Shown: positions 39,497 through 41,840 of the stretch, one piece after another
Numbering within the stretch: position 1 is the first letter of the stretch
How the letters are laid out: each line of letters begins with the position of its first letter
Assembly: GCA_041642395.1 (NCBI GenBank)
Contig: JBEPWN010000003.1
Coordinates: forward strand, 1-41,840
Length of the DNA: 41,840 bases
Reading direction: 5' to 3'
DNA from: Marinilabilia sp.
GTDB lineage: Bacteria > Bacteroidota > Bacteroidia > Bacteroidales > Marinilabiliaceae
Notes under the pieces: generated by a model
Databases searched by the model: none
Told to the model about the DNA's origin: nothing
The model's input: the letters and a program-made list of their open reading frames with translations, nothing else
Position numbers and translations under genes: made by a program

Positions 39497-40145
39497 TCAG
39501 ACAAATGGCATCCACAGTCAGGATCTGGAAAAATACATTGAAACACATTCCTCACCAGAAGATGATCTGTTATTGGATTTGAGACGACAGACACACCTTA
39601 AAATGTTGCGTCCACGAATGATTTCAGGTCCGGTGCAGGGACAACTTCTTACAATACTGTGCCGTATGATCCGACCGGCATCCGTACTCGAAATTGGCAC
39701 TTTTACGGGCTACTCTGCTATTTGCATGGCACGGGGAATGGGAAAAGATACTCACCTCCATACCATCGACCGGGATGACGAACTGGAACCCTTCATCAGA
39801 TACTATCTGAAAAAGGCCAATATGGAGGATAAAATATCCCTTCATATTGGAAATGCACTTGAAGTAATTGACACTCTACATACCACTTTCGATCTGGTGT
39901 TTATTGATGGGGACAAACGCGAATATCCCGATTATTATACTACCATAATACCCAAAATGAAGTCTGGCGGATATATCCTGGCCGACAATATTCTATGGAA
40001 TGGCAAAGTAACTGAACCTCTTCAACCAGATGATCTATATACAAAAGGGATTCTTGATTTTAATAAACTGGTTAAAGACGACCCCCGCACCGAACAGGTT
40101 ATCCTGCCGTTACGTGACGGGTTGATGGTGATCAGGGTAATATAA
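39483..40145 (+). CDS. SAM-dependent O-methyltransferase (caffeoyl-CoA OMT-like)
   Basis: VLEIGTFTGYSA, FDLVFIDGDK, ADNILWNGKV, LPLRDGL. The start overlaps the end of the M16 gene. Confidence 0.93.
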   Translation: MSNHNQTNGIHSQDLEKYIETHSSPEDDLLLDLRRQTHLKMLRPRMISGPVQGQLLTILCRMIRPASVLEIGTFTGYSAICMARGMGKDTHLHTIDRDDELEPFIRYYLKKANMEDKISLHIGNALEVIDTLHTTFDLVFIDGDKREYPDYYTTIIPKMKSGGYILADNILWNGKVTEPLQPDDLYTKGILDFNKLVKDDPRTEQVILPLRDGLMVIRVI

Positions 40146-40268
40146 TATTTGACATTCGTCGAACTCCGTTTTCCTCCTTTATATTTGTCTGCATTGCCTG
40201 AGTTATGTCTAAGGTAGGTTAAACTTTTCCGCCCTTAATCCCGTTGTATAATAAATTGCATATTTATC

Positions 40269-40772
40269 ATGAAAAAAACCGCCATCATATACGGATCATC
40301 AGTAGGGAACACCCGTTTTGTCGCAGAAAAAGTACATGCCCATTTTCCTGAAGCCGATCTCATTCCGGCAGAAACTGCCAATTTAGAAGAACTTAAAGAA
40401 TACGATTTTCTGATAATGGGGACATCCACGTGGGGTGTTGGACAGTTACAGGACGACTTCGAAACATTTGTGGATAAATTTCTCACACTCGATTTGTCCG
40501 ATAAAACCATTGCACTTTTCGGACTGGGAGACCAACAAACCTATCCGGATACTTTTTGCGATGGCATGGGGAAATTATATGAATTGATGGCAGAAAAAAA
40601 CCCACGATTCATAGGCCAATGGCCGGGCGATGATTACGATTTCAGTGAATCACGTGCTTTTAAAGAGGGTATGTTTGTAGGCTTACCATTGGATGAGGAC
40701 AATGAACCTGATCTGACAGACGGGAGAATTGCCATTTGGAGTGATGATTTAAAAAAAGAAGCAGATCTGTAA
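40269..40772 (+). CDS. fldA: Long-chain flavodoxin
   Basis: YGSSVGNT, GTSTWGVG, FGLGDQ, GLPLDEDN. Confidence 0.92.
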   Translation: MKKTAIIYGSSVGNTRFVAEKVHAHFPEADLIPAETANLEELKEYDFLIMGTSTWGVGQLQDDFETFVDKFLTLDLSDKTIALFGLGDQQTYPDTFCDGMGKLYELMAEKNPRFIGQWPGDDYDFSESRAFKEGMFVGLPLDEDNEPDLTDGRIAIWSDDLKKEADL

Positions 40773-40802
40773 TATAAAAATATCAGATTGAAACAAATGT
40801 TT

Positions 40803-41069
40803 CTATCGGTCATTTTCATTTACTCTCAATCGATCCAGATCTTCCTTTTCGAAAAGAGTGGGATAATCTTCCATAAACTGATCCATGACAGTGCGCATGA
40901 CTGATTCACGCATGAACCTGGCCTTGTTCTTTACCTTATATCGTTTGCAATAGACATCGAAAGCTTCCTGCTCTTTGTCGTTCAGCATAAAAGCCGCCTT
41001 GTGCTTACGCTTATAAGCAGTATCTCGATTTTTGTTATTTTTTCCGGAATCTTTGGCTTTTTTTGCCAT
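40803..41069 (-). CDS. Small basic hypothetical protein (possible ribbon-helix-helix-like DNA binder)
   Basis: FMLNDKE...YCKRYKVKNKARFMRE...EDYPTLF resembles a conserved Bacteroidota hypothetical protein (from memory). Confidence 0.7.
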   Translation of the reverse strand: MAKKAKDSGKNNKNRDTAYKRKHKAAFMLNDKEQEAFDVYCKRYKVKNKARFMRESVMRTVMDQFMEDYPTLFEKEDLDRLRVNENDR

Positions 41070-41364
41070 AGCAGCAATCAACTTTTTTATGACATGCCAA
41101 AATTAAATAAAAATTAGGGAATTACACAGGAAGAAAGAAATATGAATGTTTTTCATATGATTTCCACCGAAATGACAAACTAAAATCACGGAGCAACTTT
41201 TAACACCGTTTTTATTCCAGTCCCGGTCCACCTTCCAATACCACCATTAATATTAGTTTTCACTCTGTTTCCATTAAATGCAAAAGGGTTATCCTGATTA
41301 TCGAAAACCTATAGGGCCGGCGCCTTCGACCAACCAAACAGACTGCCGGTAGGCCATTAGCCCA

Positions 41365-41630
41365 GGGGAGAACCTCTCACATCACTCCCGGTGCTTCGGG
41401 ATACGGGTCTCGTATACGGCGGTTCTTTAAACCATGGGAAACAGAAGATTCATTTCTGTATTTCTGGAGATCATTTTAAACATTGTTGCCAGAGAAAAAT
41501 ATCTCCGGTTTTAGGGGACAGCTTGCTCCGGATTATCCATCCAATAGCCACGCGGGCTGATGGCATTTTCGGCCAGATTCTTGCAATACGTTACCTGCTT
41601 CGCTTTTTCTTCGGAACAGCTTTGTACCAT
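41365..41630 (-). mobile_element. Decayed group II intron (class IIC) 3' remnant: domain V plus a pseudogenised intron-encoded-protein C-terminus
   Basis: Minus strand gaaccgccgtatacgagacccgta...gtgatgtgagagg matches a IIC domain V with a CGC triad. It is preceded by a 68-codon frame (41630-41427) with one internal stop, ending just before domain V. Confidence 0.7.
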
Positions 41631-41649
41631 TTCCAAATTAAACTCTAAT

Positions 41650-41678
41650 TAAAGTCATAGTAAAGTCATAGTAAAGTC
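41650..41678. repeat. 11-bp tandem repeat, about 2.6 copies
   Basis: taaagtcatag taaagtcatag taaagtc. Confidence 0.85.
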
Positions 41679-41840
41679 TAATTAAATTCAATTATAATAG
41701 TATTTAATTAGACCTTAAAACGAATTTTCTATGATTTAAATTATATTTTGTAGTAATGCTGTTACGGAACAGGCACGTAGCAGACTCCTAAAAAATGGCA
41801 TGTACCCAAGGAATCCACCACCTTTTAAGGTTCACGATAA

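Noticed and set aside
40190-40268. Possible riboswitch or structured leader before flavodoxin
   Set aside because: Only weak pairing, no FMN or other aptamer consensus, and too short.
41391-41648. 85-aa plus-strand ORF at the right end
   Set aside because: Antisense to the group II intron remnant, with no supporting motifs.

Overview
Chromosomal window from an AT-rich (about 40% GC, estimated by eye) Bacteroidota genome, probably Bacteroidales/Marinilabiliales-like. That placement is inferred from the TAnnTTTG promoters, type III glutamine synthetase, DUF2851, DUF3109 and a PorE-like lipoprotein. Positions 1-28 kb and 38-41 kb are mostly housekeeping genes (nfo, arcA, sucC, pnp, rpsO, pyrF, prfA, purM, glnA III, yebC, gpmI, M16 peptidase, O-methyltransferase, flavodoxin). 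Between gpmI and a tandem pair of tRNA-Phe genes (about 28.2-37.7 kb) is a patchwork of single genes, including a lone crtW-like ketolase, transporters and two 136-bp MITEs. The main candidate for an undescribed system is a pair of paralogous small, secreted, acidic proteins built from ExWMLD repeats (31032 and 35695). Their upstream regions share an ungapped layout: two TGT-N10/N11-ACA boxes, an IHF-like site, a sigma-54-type -24/-12 element and a canonical Shine-Dalgarno sequence, at essentially identical spacings. The right end carries a decayed group IIC intron 3' end whose domain V is interrupted by a short dispersed hairpin. No CRISPR array, rRNA, integrase or intact transposase was seen. 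All calls were made by eye without database searches.
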